From positions 14,004,861-14,068,860 of the forward strand of contig OZ316892.1 of NCBI GenBank assembly GCA_973895155.1: a DNA stretch of 64,000 nt, read 5' to 3'. The notes below the pieces were generated by a model. That model saw only the letters and a list, made by a program, of their open reading frames with translations. It searched no databases and was not told the origin of the DNA. This document shows positions 14,501-26,455 of the stretch, in pieces; the stretch's first letter is position 1; each line of letters begins with the position of its first letter. A program made the position numbers and the translations under genes. The stretch is from Marsupella aquatica. Taxonomy: Eukaryota; Plantae; Marchantiophyta.

Positions 14501-14974
14501 ATTTAATGTCACGGGAGACAAACAACTTACTTGATGATGCTTGGTAGAACCAATCATAGACGTCTCTCTCTCCGGCGCATCAGGAGTGCGGGTATTTTCA
14601 GCAGGCCTGATAGACTTGTGCTCTTCTTCACCAGAGCTCTCCTTTCGATTCGTATCACGTTTAGATAGTGTCTTCATTGGCGGCAACGGTGATGGCTGCA
14701 GCGGTGATGGCTGTAGCTATGATGGCTGTGTGACTCCGGTATTGCTGCTCCCGTTGCATTCATTCACCCATCTCCTCAACTTCTTCCTGTGCACCCATGT
14801 CTTCATCCCCACACTGTCAAAGAAAAGTTGCCAATCATCCCCATCCATACAGAAGAAGCTTTCCCCAGTAAGATCCAACTCAGGCTCAATTTTGGGAGTG
14901 TACATTGTCGATTCTAAACATCGATCAATGTACTCACACAATTCCTTACACGTAAGCCTGCTCCATTCATGCAT
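11555..14974 (-). pseudogene. Multi-exon TE gene with N-terminal SAM-like domain; candidate TnpA/ORF2-like accessory protein with in-frame stops
   Basis: N-terminus WSRLTCKELCEYIDRCL...LDLTGESFFCMDGDDWQLFFDSVGMKTWVHRKKLRRWVNE fits the SAM pattern (W...L..YL...idGe.Ll.l...dl...lG......rkkl). The frame continues through a TAG at 14717 to a GTAAGT donor at 14530. Further exons at ~14397-13989, 13844-13460 and 13212-12698 (acidic, with a 21-aa duplication); last exon ends at 11555. Confidence 0.55.
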
Positions 14975-15599
14975 TGCAACTCTGTTTCAATCAACGTCGA
15001 TCAAGTGTAGGAAACTCTAAAGATCAACTTCACTCTGAAGATCAACTTCACTCCAGGCGTACGCATAGCAGAAATAGTGAAATACAGAGGGGGACTTAAA
15101 ACGAAAAGGGAGTATTACACCAAGCGCACTCACTGCCTCTCTCGTTCATCATTCGTTTGAATCGCCCGCCCGCGCGTGTTGAAGGTAAAGGCTGCGGGTT
15201 CATCGTCCGTTTGAATCGCCCGCCCGCGCGTGTTCAAGGTAAAGGCTGCAAGGCAAGTAGTGCATGCGTTGCCCGCCTCAAAGCTGGTCCTCGTCAGTTT
15301 TGAACTGACCGCCCTGGTCCAAATTAATAACATTTGTCACTCTTCAAAATGCGATATATCTGCAGTCCATTGCGTTAACCGCATCGTTGATTTTGTTTCT
15401 ATCCAGCCGATTTAGGCCGGGGATTTAGGAGTTGCGGTCATGATTATACACCTGGGTAATTTTCCCTCACTCTACTATTCTAGGCCTAACTCAAAAGTCC
15501 ACGCAGTTTGGATTACTATGACAAGTTAGGACAAGATACAAACTATTCCCATGGAGACTAGCGCAGCTTGCGCTTCGGGAAAGTAAAGCCGCCAGCTGC

Positions 15600-16950
15600 G
15601 ATGACCTTCTGATCAATCAGAAACCTATGTGGCAAATACCCTACATAGGATACCAAGAAGATAAGGCTGGCCTCAGTTTCCCTCCAGTTTCAGAGGGATC
15701 GTTTCCGCAGGAACGATTCCAAAGGTACTAAAGAGTGGAGGTCATTGACCGTAGCTCACACCTCCCACTCTAAGTGTTCGATCCTCCTCTGTGCGAGCTC
15801 AGACAACTTCAGATTAAGTTTTACAAGTTCGCGCCCGATAACATCATCCAAAACGTGGAAGTCCACAGGCCACCTGCGGATCTTCGTACTACGTGGGAGA
15901 ATTCTCTGTCAAATCCCATGCCACCTTGTGCGATATCCTGTAATGTGTTTTGGATTTGGTAGAAATTATTGGCAGCACTCGGAGTCAATTCTTTTGATTG
16001 CAATAGTTTTTGCTTATGATTTGAGTTTGAAATGTGCTCGCAGGTCAAATACAGGGTTCTCATATACTTCAAAGCGAAAGCAGATCTTACCTAACCCTTT
16101 ACCACCCACTTCTTCCTTAGCCCGGGCTTACTGGTAAATATCCTATAGTACCATTTACGCATCCTTGAAACTCATCATCGATTTCACCTATCCCAAGGCT
16201 GGCCAACCACCACCTGTACACCGATCCTTAGAAACCAACTAAACCATATATCTTCTTCGTGTCCGGTGCGCTCTGATCGATGGAACAGGTATGAATCTAG
16301 ATGTTCAATGATACAGACTCCGCGATCTATTTTCATGCAACATGCATCATTAATTATATATGGTATGTGGAATGTTTTGTAGGCTACGCAGGTCATATGA
16401 AACAGGTAGAGCATTAATATCAGAGGAAGTGAAGAAGCAGATGTGATGTAGTTTGTTTTGCCGGTGCAAGGTATGTGAGGGGTATGTTTGGGGTATTTGT
16501 GGTTATGCTCGTTCCAACACTAATGTTACAAGGTTAGTATGAGAATGAACTTGGATATTTAGAACAGACCACACTTTTTGAGTCTTTGAGATTACAGTTG
16601 AAGCAATATACATCATGAGCGCCATGTTGACAAAGGTTTTGTGGCATCATCCGAGGCCGATGCCTATTTTGTGGCAACCGCCCGGGTTGCCTTGACAGGT
16701 AACCGGGTTGCCAGTATGCTGTCCACCCCCCCTTTCCAACCGGTATGCAGTGGTAAGTTGTCACAAAAGATAATTTTATGACCTATTTTACGCATATGGA
16801 AGTTGTCGTCTATTTTTTCATGATTACTTACTTCTTCATTGAGTTGCAGGTGTTGCCCCGGCCTTCAAAGTGTGAACTCCATTATTCTCCATAAATATAA
16901 TGAACACCTACTGGAACAAGAACACATCTGCCATAAATGTATTGTTTGGG
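15600..16950 (+). pseudogene. Possible heavily decayed multi-exon gene of unknown function with a Cys/His cluster
   Basis: Four phase-compatible GT-AG junctions can be drawn and the fourth exon reads C...RFCGIIRGRCLFCGNRPGCLDR.PGCQYAVH. About a dozen stops are present, close to random density, so support is weak. Confidence 0.3.
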
Positions 16951-17605
16951 GTCACGTTGTTTTTACGGTTGTTAGTATGCTTGTGTTTTTTTTCCCTTCC
17001 TGGTCGTTGGGATCGATGGAGCCGCGGATCCGCCCAATGAGTTTCAGGTGTTTCTCTGTTTTTTTGGTCTGCTGATGTCCGGAGATTGGGGAGGGGCCCT
17101 TACCCAATTCTCCGTGAACTATGATGACCCACTACATGATGTCGCTGCGATCCGCAAAAGCGCTATAGTGGCTGAGTTCTACTTGCTGTCCTATATCAGA
17201 GTTTGAAGTTGGAAGTTTTCCTTGAGAAATTGCGCACAAATTGCAAAATGAAAAATTGTTGAGACCCATTCATCGATTAAACACTAGCCGAGACCCATTC
17301 ATCGATTAAACACCAGCCGATTAACACCCAATTACTTTCTGGTACGTTTTAACAAACGCATCGTGGACATCACAACCTTCATTTAACAGATGCAGGTCCG
17401 AGCCCCCCTTTATTGCACATTGAAAATAAGTCAACCATTCACATACATACATTCTGGTCCCACTTGCCCCACAAACCAAGCATACACGTCATGCCATATC
17501 AAACCAAAATGGCAGGTCATTGCATGGCCTGTAGGAACCTTACAAACTAAAAGACTCCTGCCCAAAATGCCAAACCGTCGTACGTTGTGCTTGCATCTGG
17601 TCACA

Positions 17606-18310
17606 TCAGATATGAGTTGCATCCAAACTATCAAGCAGGTCCTGCAATCTACATCTAACAGAACTAAGCTGTGACGCCGTGGCCGGGTCTGAAGCATTAA
17701 TAGATGATCTTGAAGATTCTGCTGTATGCCTCCCTCGTGCAGTATGATAACTTGAAGGTACACTGTCCGTCTTCAACTTTGTCTTCCGTGGAGTGACAGA
17801 AGTAGGCACCACAGAATGCAAGATCTCATAGTCGTCATCGCTTACAGGTGACAAGGAATTAATAATGGCCTCACCGTCTTTGCAGCGGATCACTACGTCC
17901 ACACATTCCATCTTTGTTGTAGCTCTATGGACAGTAGCAAGCTGGACAAAGTCTTCCTTCTCGCTAAAATCCTGCGGAGGCATCCCTACGAGATCAGTCG
18001 CTGCATCAAAAATCTTAGCTCGCACTGGAGGGAAGTGTGGCCCGATAGTAGAGTCAACCAGGAACACCTCAAAACGATACCTTTCTGTCCAGGTCCCAGT
18101 AGCAACCAAATTATGGGGACATCGACTTGACCCTTCAACAGTGCAATTACACATCCACCCAGGTGTCACGAAGCGAGTGCATCCATGGTATAGAAACTTC
18201 CACGGAAAATCGATTGGAGCATCAAAATTGACCACAAAAACCCTCATCAATGGGAAGGTCCTCGTTTCTCCAGCATTGCAGCAGCCAACGACATCTTTAA
18301 GTGTGGCCAT
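17606..18310 (-). CDS. RPA70 C-terminal (DBD-C, Rep_fac-A_C)-like zinc-ribbon OB-fold ssDNA-binding protein
   Basis: Uninterrupted ORF from MATLKDV: FLYHGC...MCNCTV...RCPH...ERYRFEVFLVDSTIG...AKIFDAATDLVGMPPQDF parallels the RPA1-C consensus Y.AC..CNKKV...C..C...RY.L...V.D.TG....T.FD..AE.L.G.SA.EL. Confidence 0.7.
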   Translation of the reverse strand: MATLKDVVGCCNAGETRTFPLMRVFVVNFDAPIDFPWKFLYHGCTRFVTPGWMCNCTVEGSSRCPHNLVATGTWTERYRFEVFLVDSTIGPHFPPVRAKIFDAATDLVGMPPQDFSEKEDFVQLATVHRATTKMECVDVVIRCKDGEAIINSLSPVSDDDYEILHSVVPTSVTPRKTKLKTDSVPSSYHTARGRHTAESSRSSINASDPATASQLSSVRCRLQDLLDSLDATHI

Positions 18311-19262
18311 GTCTCTGAAAAGAGCCGCCCAGCAGAAATCCAAACAATAGTGGCAAAGGGCAGGCACTCAGCCGGGCGCAAGCACTACTCAGGAAGGGAC
18401 GAATACCGATCTGCAATGGTTACGAATCAAATGACAAGCCAGACTGCAGAACACTCAACAAATTGTGCAGAGTTGTCACTAGATAAGTACATTATCGTGG
18501 GGCGCAAAGTGAATGCAAGTAGAGGATCCAAAAGGGAGACCCGGAGTTTAGGGCCGAGTTTTGGGAGACGTTGATTTTACGGGGACGTTGACTTTACGGA
18601 AGCGGAGCTTTGGGAGACGTTCATTTTAGAGAGACGCGGAGTTTTTCTCTTGGGAGACATGGCGGACACTTCGTGTACTTGGGCACGTTTTAATGGAGTA
18701 AATATGCGGCAAAATAAATCAAATAAAAAAAGACTTTGTCTCCTTCCGTTCTAAATTTCTCACCCTTCCCCTAACATAAATCTGAGTTTTCATTTTCTGA
18801 AGGCATTGGCTGAACTTGTGGGAGCTTTCCTTACATACATTGAATCTTATAGAGGTTGCTATATGGCTGAACTTGTGATGAGGGGCCTAAAACAGGGCCC
18901 ATAATAATGTCTACAATACTTTGTCAGTGCCATGTGCCACATGTTTCAAATGTTGGATCTAGGCCCTTATATTGCCAATTATATGGACCATTGGCACACT
19001 TTATGTCACATCATGATGAATTACAAGGGGAGAGTTTTTAACACATTTTCCTGCTTTTAAGGTGAAGTTATAAGGGTTTTTGAAGAGGAGGGACACAAAA
19101 GCATTGGGTGAGGCAGGGGTCATTTTGCTTTTTAAAACTCTATTTTCTTATCTTTAGGGGGGGGGGAGGGGTCATCACGCACTTAGTATATATTATTACA
19201 TAAATATGAGAAACATAAAAATAAGATTGGGAATGATTATCATTTCCTTGCCAAGTCCTGTG

Positions 19263-19860
19263 AAACGCGACCAAACATACAGCTAGGCAGGCGTATTAAT
19301 TAATTTAAGGATGAAACATGAAGGTAGCTCAGGGTGGGTGGGGGTGGGGGTCACAAACGCGACCAAACATACAGCTAGGCAGGCGTATTAAATAATTTAA
19401 GGATGAAACATGGAGGTAGCTCAGGGTGGGTGGGGGTGGGGGTCACTTCCACCCATTAAATGTTCACATCATGTGCATATGATCGAAGTAAGGGGCCTTT
19501 TATTCATTATCCTAACCCTAAACCCTAAACCCTAAGACTTGCGCACGTACATATATGCATGCATGCATATGTGGAAGGTTAATTAATTTAAGGATGAAGT
19601 ATGGAGGTAGCTCAGGGTGGGTGGGGGTGCGGGTCACTTCCACAAATTAAATGTTCACATCATGTGCAAATGATCGAAGTAAGGGGCCTTTTATTCATTA
19701 CCCTAACCCTAAACCCTAAACCCTAAGACTTGCGCACGTACATATATGCATGCATGCATATGTGGAAGGTTAATTAATTTAAGGATGAAGTATGGAGGTA
19801 GCTCAGGGTGGGTGGGGGTGCGGGTCACTTCCACAAATTAAATGTTCACATCATGTGCAC
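19263..19860. repeat. Internal tandem repeats (92-bp x2, then 191-bp x~2.3) containing G-quadruplex motifs and CCCTAAA telomere-type runs
   Basis: AAACGCGACC at 19263 and 19355; ATGTTCACATC at 19460, 19651 and 19842; GGGTGGGTGGGGGTG(G/C)GGG four times; CCTAACCCTAAACCCTAAACCCTAAG twice. Confidence 0.9.
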
Positions 19861-21719
19861 CAAAGTATGGGGCGTTTCAGTCATTATTAATTTGTAAGGA
19901 AGTGCTTAGAAGTAGGGATGAAGTAAGGGGGTAACAATTCAAAAAGTCCCACTTTTCATCACACAATTCATTGGTTGCCACATGTCAATAAATGATTGGT
20001 GGGTTTTGTGACCTTCCTATTCCTTTTTGAGAGAGTGATTAAATCAAACATGCATGTTCGCAGATGCATGTATAACAAGTTCCGTGATCCTAAGGTGAAC
20101 TTGGGAGGTAGCTAGGTAGGTACCAATTGTCTCAGTCCCTTAACAATAGAACTTATAAAGCGCCAACTACAAGGTAGATCGAGTGAAACCTCTTAATTAA
20201 ACTGGAACTCCATGGCTCATCATGTGGATGAGAAAACTCATGACCAGTATGTCAAATAATAAGCATGTATGCCATTTGTCATGATTTATACATACTATCC
20301 TCTATTCATGTTTGTGCAAAGAACAGGTAATGAAGGCTAGCTAGTATGATATGTCAATGGAAGGGTAATTTAAGGATTAATAATCCGTAATCTAAGGATT
20401 TTGAAGGTTGACCATCATTAACAAGTGTGACACTATATAGGAAGTGATCAAGAGTAAATACATGCCATTCTATATTCAAGTAAGTTAGATTACTTTTGGT
20501 GACAAGCAGATAGACTCTGAATTGATGTGTGTAACTTAACATTTTACAAATGAAGCTCAATTACATTTCAAACTTTATTAAAGTTTGACGAATTGAAAAG
20601 CGGATTATGTACGTATTTATAAAATCAAAATCAAAGTAGAATCCCTCGGCCCTCCCTCTTTTGCTACATTAAGTGAACCCCCCTGAGAACAAACCCCCCC
20701 CCCCCCATGTATATCGTTTGATGCATTAAAAATGCCTTGTTATGCATGTAAAAACATTACTTATCCTATCACATTAGATCCTTTTGTAAATTAGTACTAG
20801 AAAATTATTGTTCTTCCTGTGTTAATTTGTCTAAAACTCTGGTAGCTTATAGACTTCATGAAGGTAAACAAACTAGTACTAAAATGAATTAACAAAGGGA
20901 ATATTAGGCTACACTATATCCCTAGAGGAATATTCCATAGTCTACATTACTTATTTAAACTTCAATATATTGCGCCATTACTCTATCTTCATTTAAGAAG
21001 GGGGTATCAACCAATGACCTATTTTCAAATGGTACATTGGGGGTCCTTAACCCCAAAAACAATTGACATGGCAGCAGGGTATTTCAGGGTCACACAATAA
21101 TTAGTATGTGTGACACTAATCTTGTGACATTTGAGATGGCTGATGTCGTGGCCAGTCCCTATAACCAGCTGGTATGCATTTGGTGAACTGGAATGCCATT
21201 AAAAAGCTTGGATGACAATTCTATTTACATAGACCATATTGTAAGAAAGGATGGGTCGGATACAAAATAAATAAAGACCTAGATAGGGCCCAACAACAAT
21301 TTCAATGTCCCAACAATAATAAAAAACATGCACTTTGAACCAAAAATGTCAATAAACTCCCGGAGTAAGCTGCCCAAGAAAGAAAACCATACACATGAAC
21401 TTCAAATTTGAATAGCATAAGCATGAATTCAACATGGTGAGTGACTGCCTTAGAGGGATTAGAGGCAGTGGCCCCGGGCTTGCAGGGTCAACGATAAGGT
21501 TTCCCACCTAGCACATTCGCTCACATGCAACAAGGACGTTTGAATGCTTTCCTGGAGTCATGAATGCCATGGGCCCCACCTAATTATGCATAGTATTCAA
21601 CATAATAATGAACTTCTCCAATCGTCCTTCCGACAATCCCACCGTGCACATCCACCTCCTGAGGAATTCTGAATCGACTTTGTTGCAATATTTTGTACAC
21701 AGGAACGGCAGTGTGCAGC

Positions 21720-24700
21720 ATGACGCCAGAACCGAAGGAACGATGCACCTGTCAGTACAAATGTTCGCGCTTACGGGATGGGTATGATTTTGTGAGCCCA
21801 AGGAATCAAAGACGACATGCAAACTATGACAAGACAGGCAGGGTCATTCCTGCAAAGTTTTTAGTGGACCGTGGGCATCCGGATGGCCATGGCCTATCGC
21901 ATCAAGACGGTCATTTTGCCAGCTTCTTTGGTGTTCAAATGTCCCGACAAGAACACAGATATATGGCCCCAACTTTGTTGTACAGGGCACTTACAGGAGG
22001 AGACGGGAATGATGACGTTGGAAGAAACGATTTGCAGGACCTGGATGTTGATGGGATTGGTCAGACGCTTCCCATGCAGTATGGTATCCACATAATGCCT
22101 CGAAGAATACTGACCGTGGACAAAGCAATTTATCGACAGACTTGGAGATTACAATCAATGCTTGACGAGGCTAAAATGCCTCAGGCATTGCAGGATAGCA
22201 TTTTGAAAATGCTATTCGGGAAGATTCAGATTCCCCCATCTACAAATTTGACACCTTCACCCGACCCTCCATCCGACATGGCAAATGTAGGACTGGGCGC
22301 ACTCCTGAGGCACGCTGGTGTGACGTGGGACGGAGGACGCCATGGAATTGATGCATTGTCATCATTCAAGGGTTTGTGTGGCACGTTTGAGGCATATGGT
22401 ATGCCAAAAATGCAGCGGTGGAGAATGTGTATTGGACAGAAGCCAAACTGGCATGCTCCCGTAGTCCTACCGCCGTCGCACCAAGATGACTACAATGTCC
22501 GAACTGGATTGAAGTGCAGTTGTTCAATTGCAGGGACAAAGTGGCATCTAGCCAGGGATTGTTTGCGTTGTTCGGAACGTTGCCCATTGGATGGTTGTAG
22601 CACGGCTCGCAAGGAGATGCTCCGGTTTGAATATTTCCCCATTGGTCCCATGTTGCGGAAGTTATGTAGCAGTCGATCTATTTGTCATGAGTTCCAGGCA
22701 ATGTGGAGGGACAAAGATAAGTGGTTTAAGAAGGATTCCATGCCCAGACCTGTGTACAAGGAATGGTGGGACAGCTACCGTGCTTCCGAGCTATCCTACT
22801 TTTCGGACACTGGCACACAGTTTGAGATTCCCGTGTTATGCCGAAACTGTTATGCTTGCTATTCAACAACACCAAATAAATGTCCTGAGTTGTTGGATAC
22901 TGCCAACTGGGATAATGTCAGCAAACAATACGACTTCCAATGCTCAGATTGCGGATCTCGAGTCACGGCCCCGAATTAATTTGCAAAGGTTAGTGATTTC
23001 TTCTTGCGTTACTGTTGTTGCGCACTTTTGTATGACCAGGGTATGGTATGGGTATTTTTAGGGTATTTATGGGTTATGATAGAGTAACTTTTGTCTAACT
23101 AACTGTGTGACCCACCGCATGCAGGGTGATCCCCAAAATATTGCACTCATGGCACACTGGGATCACTATCACTGGGATCCACCTATCCCTGTTCTTTTTA
23201 TCCCGCCATGTGATGACGACGACGTAGGAAAAAAAAGCTGAAATACTTGGATGCTTTCTTAGAACCATTCATAAGAGAACTGGAGGAGTTGTTTGTGGAT
23301 GGGATAGAGGTGGATTACAATTACCCTGTGGAATTATTGGCTGAAGAGGATAATGTACCGAATGACTCTAGGTGTGTGCTACGAGCACTGTTAGCAGTTT
23401 TCACTGGAGATCATCCCGCACAATGTAAATTTGGGGGCTGGAATGTTACAGGTTATTCCGCTTGTAGGAATTGTAAAATGAGCACTCGATGGATGAAGTG
23501 CAAGTTTGATCATCCTCAAAAGGAGACTGACCAATCACAACCCCAAGGTTTTCTGGGAAGGGCTGTGTATGACAACAATAGGATGCAGATGAGATATCCA
23601 CCACCTACACGGAAAATTGAAGAGGTGAGGGAGGCGGCCATGAACATGACCAGGGCAGGAACAACTGCAGAGAGGATGAAGATAAGCAGGGAGTCCGGGA
23701 TTTCAAACATGACCAGGGCTTGGTGACTACATGAGCTTACTGGATTTTGTTTGAGCAAGGATCTGGTGTATGATACAATGCATATCCTTGCCTTGTGCCT
23801 TTTCAAGAAATACTGCGAGCTTCTAGTTTCGAGTGTTCCCCGTCAACATCAAAAACAGTTTGAAGATGCTCTGGAGGAGGTTACTGCTAGGAAACCGAGA
23901 GGTTTTGATGGAAGGTGGCCTAAACAACCTTTTGAAAGATTGGGATACTTCAAGGCTGAAGAGTTCACGCGATTCATATTGTATTGTTTGCCTCGTATCC
24001 TCCAACAGATGGACATTAGTGTCCACTCTGACCTTGGGACGCTTGGGATTCTTTTGGTAGAGATTGCACGCCTCTTTTATATCAGAAGTAGACAAGAGGG
24101 TTGGACTACAGCCACATTGAAAAAAGGCAGGTCTCTACTGGCTTCTTGGAGAGTTCGCTCAGAAGAGGCTTGGGGCCCAAATGGAGCAATTCTAGAGCAT
24201 GTTGCTGGTGAGTCATTTTGTTTACACTTGCTACATGACCATGATGACAGTGGGTATTCATTGTTGGTCGATCCATCATTGCACTGAGGTGATGTTCTAA
24301 TCCCAATGTGTTTTGATCCCAATTTTTAGGGAGCGGAGAGATATTTGATGGGATAGAACGACATGGCCCACACTATGTTTATTGGTGCTACCGCTTCGAG
24401 AGGATGGTATCAGACTATGGACGCACCAGAACAAATCAGAAGGACTAGGAAGTCACTTATTCTCTTCATTTTGCACGACGCTTTTTCACAAAAATATTGT
24501 CGTACATTTGGGAAGATGACGATGGACTTTTCCCTCATCAGAGGGCTTTGGAGAAAGTTCATGCATCCCTGCGTGTCCCTGCGGAGCATCATAAGGAGCA
24601 CAGGTGCAGAGTCACAATACCACCATCTGAATGCCCACACTGGCACGGGAATTCGGTGCCAATAGTTTCAAGTCAAATTCTAGCGATGGAATTGTGGGAT

Positions 24701-25705
24701 AGTATGATATCCTCTATGGAGTCATATGGTTGCAAGCACATGTTGTTGAGCAAAGGGGTTGGCATAGGCTCAAACAGGAAGCTGACAAAGAAACTGGGGC
24801 TGTCCGCCAGGATGTCATTGAAGCAGCATTGGACAGATGTTGGAGTATTCAACATCAGTGAGGACCACGAAATTAGTGAATCTTGCACTCCATTGCGATC
24901 AGCTGTGTGGAGAGCTGAAGTGTACAGGCCTGGCGATCACGTTGTTGTACTGGTAGATGGGAGTACAGATGCTTCACATCCTCAAAACTGGAAAGCAGTA
25001 CTCCAAAAGATTTTCATGCACAAATTCGATGGCCACATGGACATATTCTTTGAGGCGGATTGGTATAAACAACAGAATACACAGAATCCTCGGCAAAATT
25101 TACTGTCTTGGGAACGAGATGAGTATTCCCTGTTTACTCTTTTGGAACCAAAAGTATATCACGCACATGGCAACAACTGTAGGCCTATGTCAAGAATTCT
25201 ACACAAGTTCTTCCCAATTCGAAGAGGCGGGAGGGAGGTTGTAGCCTTGGAGATTGGAGATACTTTAGTACGGGAACTCCCTACCACAGTTGCAAACTGC
25301 CCTCCTTTCCAAGAGGTAGGGGACATAATGATTGCAATAGCGGACTCACTTACCGTCCCTGACCTGTGTGTTGTAAGGGAAGTCCTCCTTCCCAGGCGCG
25401 ATGCAGCAACGGAAATGCAAGCGAGGGATGTAGGAGTGGACGGTGCTTCTGATGGGGAGGAGGAGGAGGAGGAGGGAGGGGATGACATGGCAGAATCGCA
25501 CAATGCAAATGATAATGAGAAGGACCTCAGGAAGGTTGGTGTGAGCTGGTTGTCTGTACAGGGTTCTCGGTCAAGTTGCCCAATCTACAAGGCAGCATCA
25601 CAAATTGATGAACAAATCACCTTTCAAAGATTAGTTGCGTTGAGGCTTGATTTTCGTGCAATTGGACTTCACCATGGTATCCCTGTACGGTGGAATACCG
25701 TATAG
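21720..25705 (+). pseudogene. CACTA/EnSpm Tnp2 (TnpD-type) DDE transposase, disabled
   Basis: Motifs GDPQNIALMAHWD, LDAFLEPFIRELEELFVDGIEV, LRALLAVFTGDHPAQCKFGGW...GYSACRNCK, YDTMHI, FKAEEF...ILYCLP and HGPHYVYWCYRFER match the Tnp2/DUF4218 layout. Introns ~22989-23123 and ~24208-24330. Lesions: TAA 22977, apparent deletion after HWD (~23160), frameshift ~23235, TGA 23724, TAG 24446. Confidence 0.9.
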
Positions 25706-26455
25706 TAATACCATGGAAAGTCCCAAGTATGACAAAAAGAAAGATACTATGGGATATGACAACACTTGAGAGGCGCCGTTTTGTCAATAACTGAATACTG
25801 ACCAGGATGCACACCGTAGGATGTGTGAGATGCAGGTCAGACGTGAGCCTGTGATGGTGACGCTATGGTGCTTCGCACGGGGTATGATCGGGGATGGCAC
25901 GGGTCACAAATATCATTGGATTCTGGGTCGGACGTGACATAATGGATGGGTATTACCAGGTTACTTGGGAACGTGATAAAATATACGTTGGGGTAGTGAA
26001 AGGGCGGTGCCACCGATTGGAGACAGAATCTTTGTTGTGAGATCTACTACTGAAACTGCAGTGACTAAATGATGCATGCCACTGCGCACATGAACGCCCT
26101 ATGAGGAATTCCTTATAAGCTTTGGGCAATGGTGCGAGCTCCTGAGCTCCAGTCTTTGATTGTGTAGGTTTTGTAAATCTTTGTGGCTGACAAGTCTGCC
26201 ATTGGATAACACTTGGGGTGTTAGCGACGGAAGCAAGTATCGATGAGCGCGGGGTGGACGTTGGAGGATTGGTGAAAGTATGGTTCGTCGACATGATCGT
26301 CCAGCGCCGGTCGCATTGTTGATGCAGAGCGATGAGGATATCACAGATCGTATGTACCCCTCTTTCACTAAACTCCTTTGGTTCTTAATTCCGCATGAAG
26401 TATATTGATCAATTGTTAGAATGGTGCAACTAAGGCCTGCTTTGTTTGTACAGTC

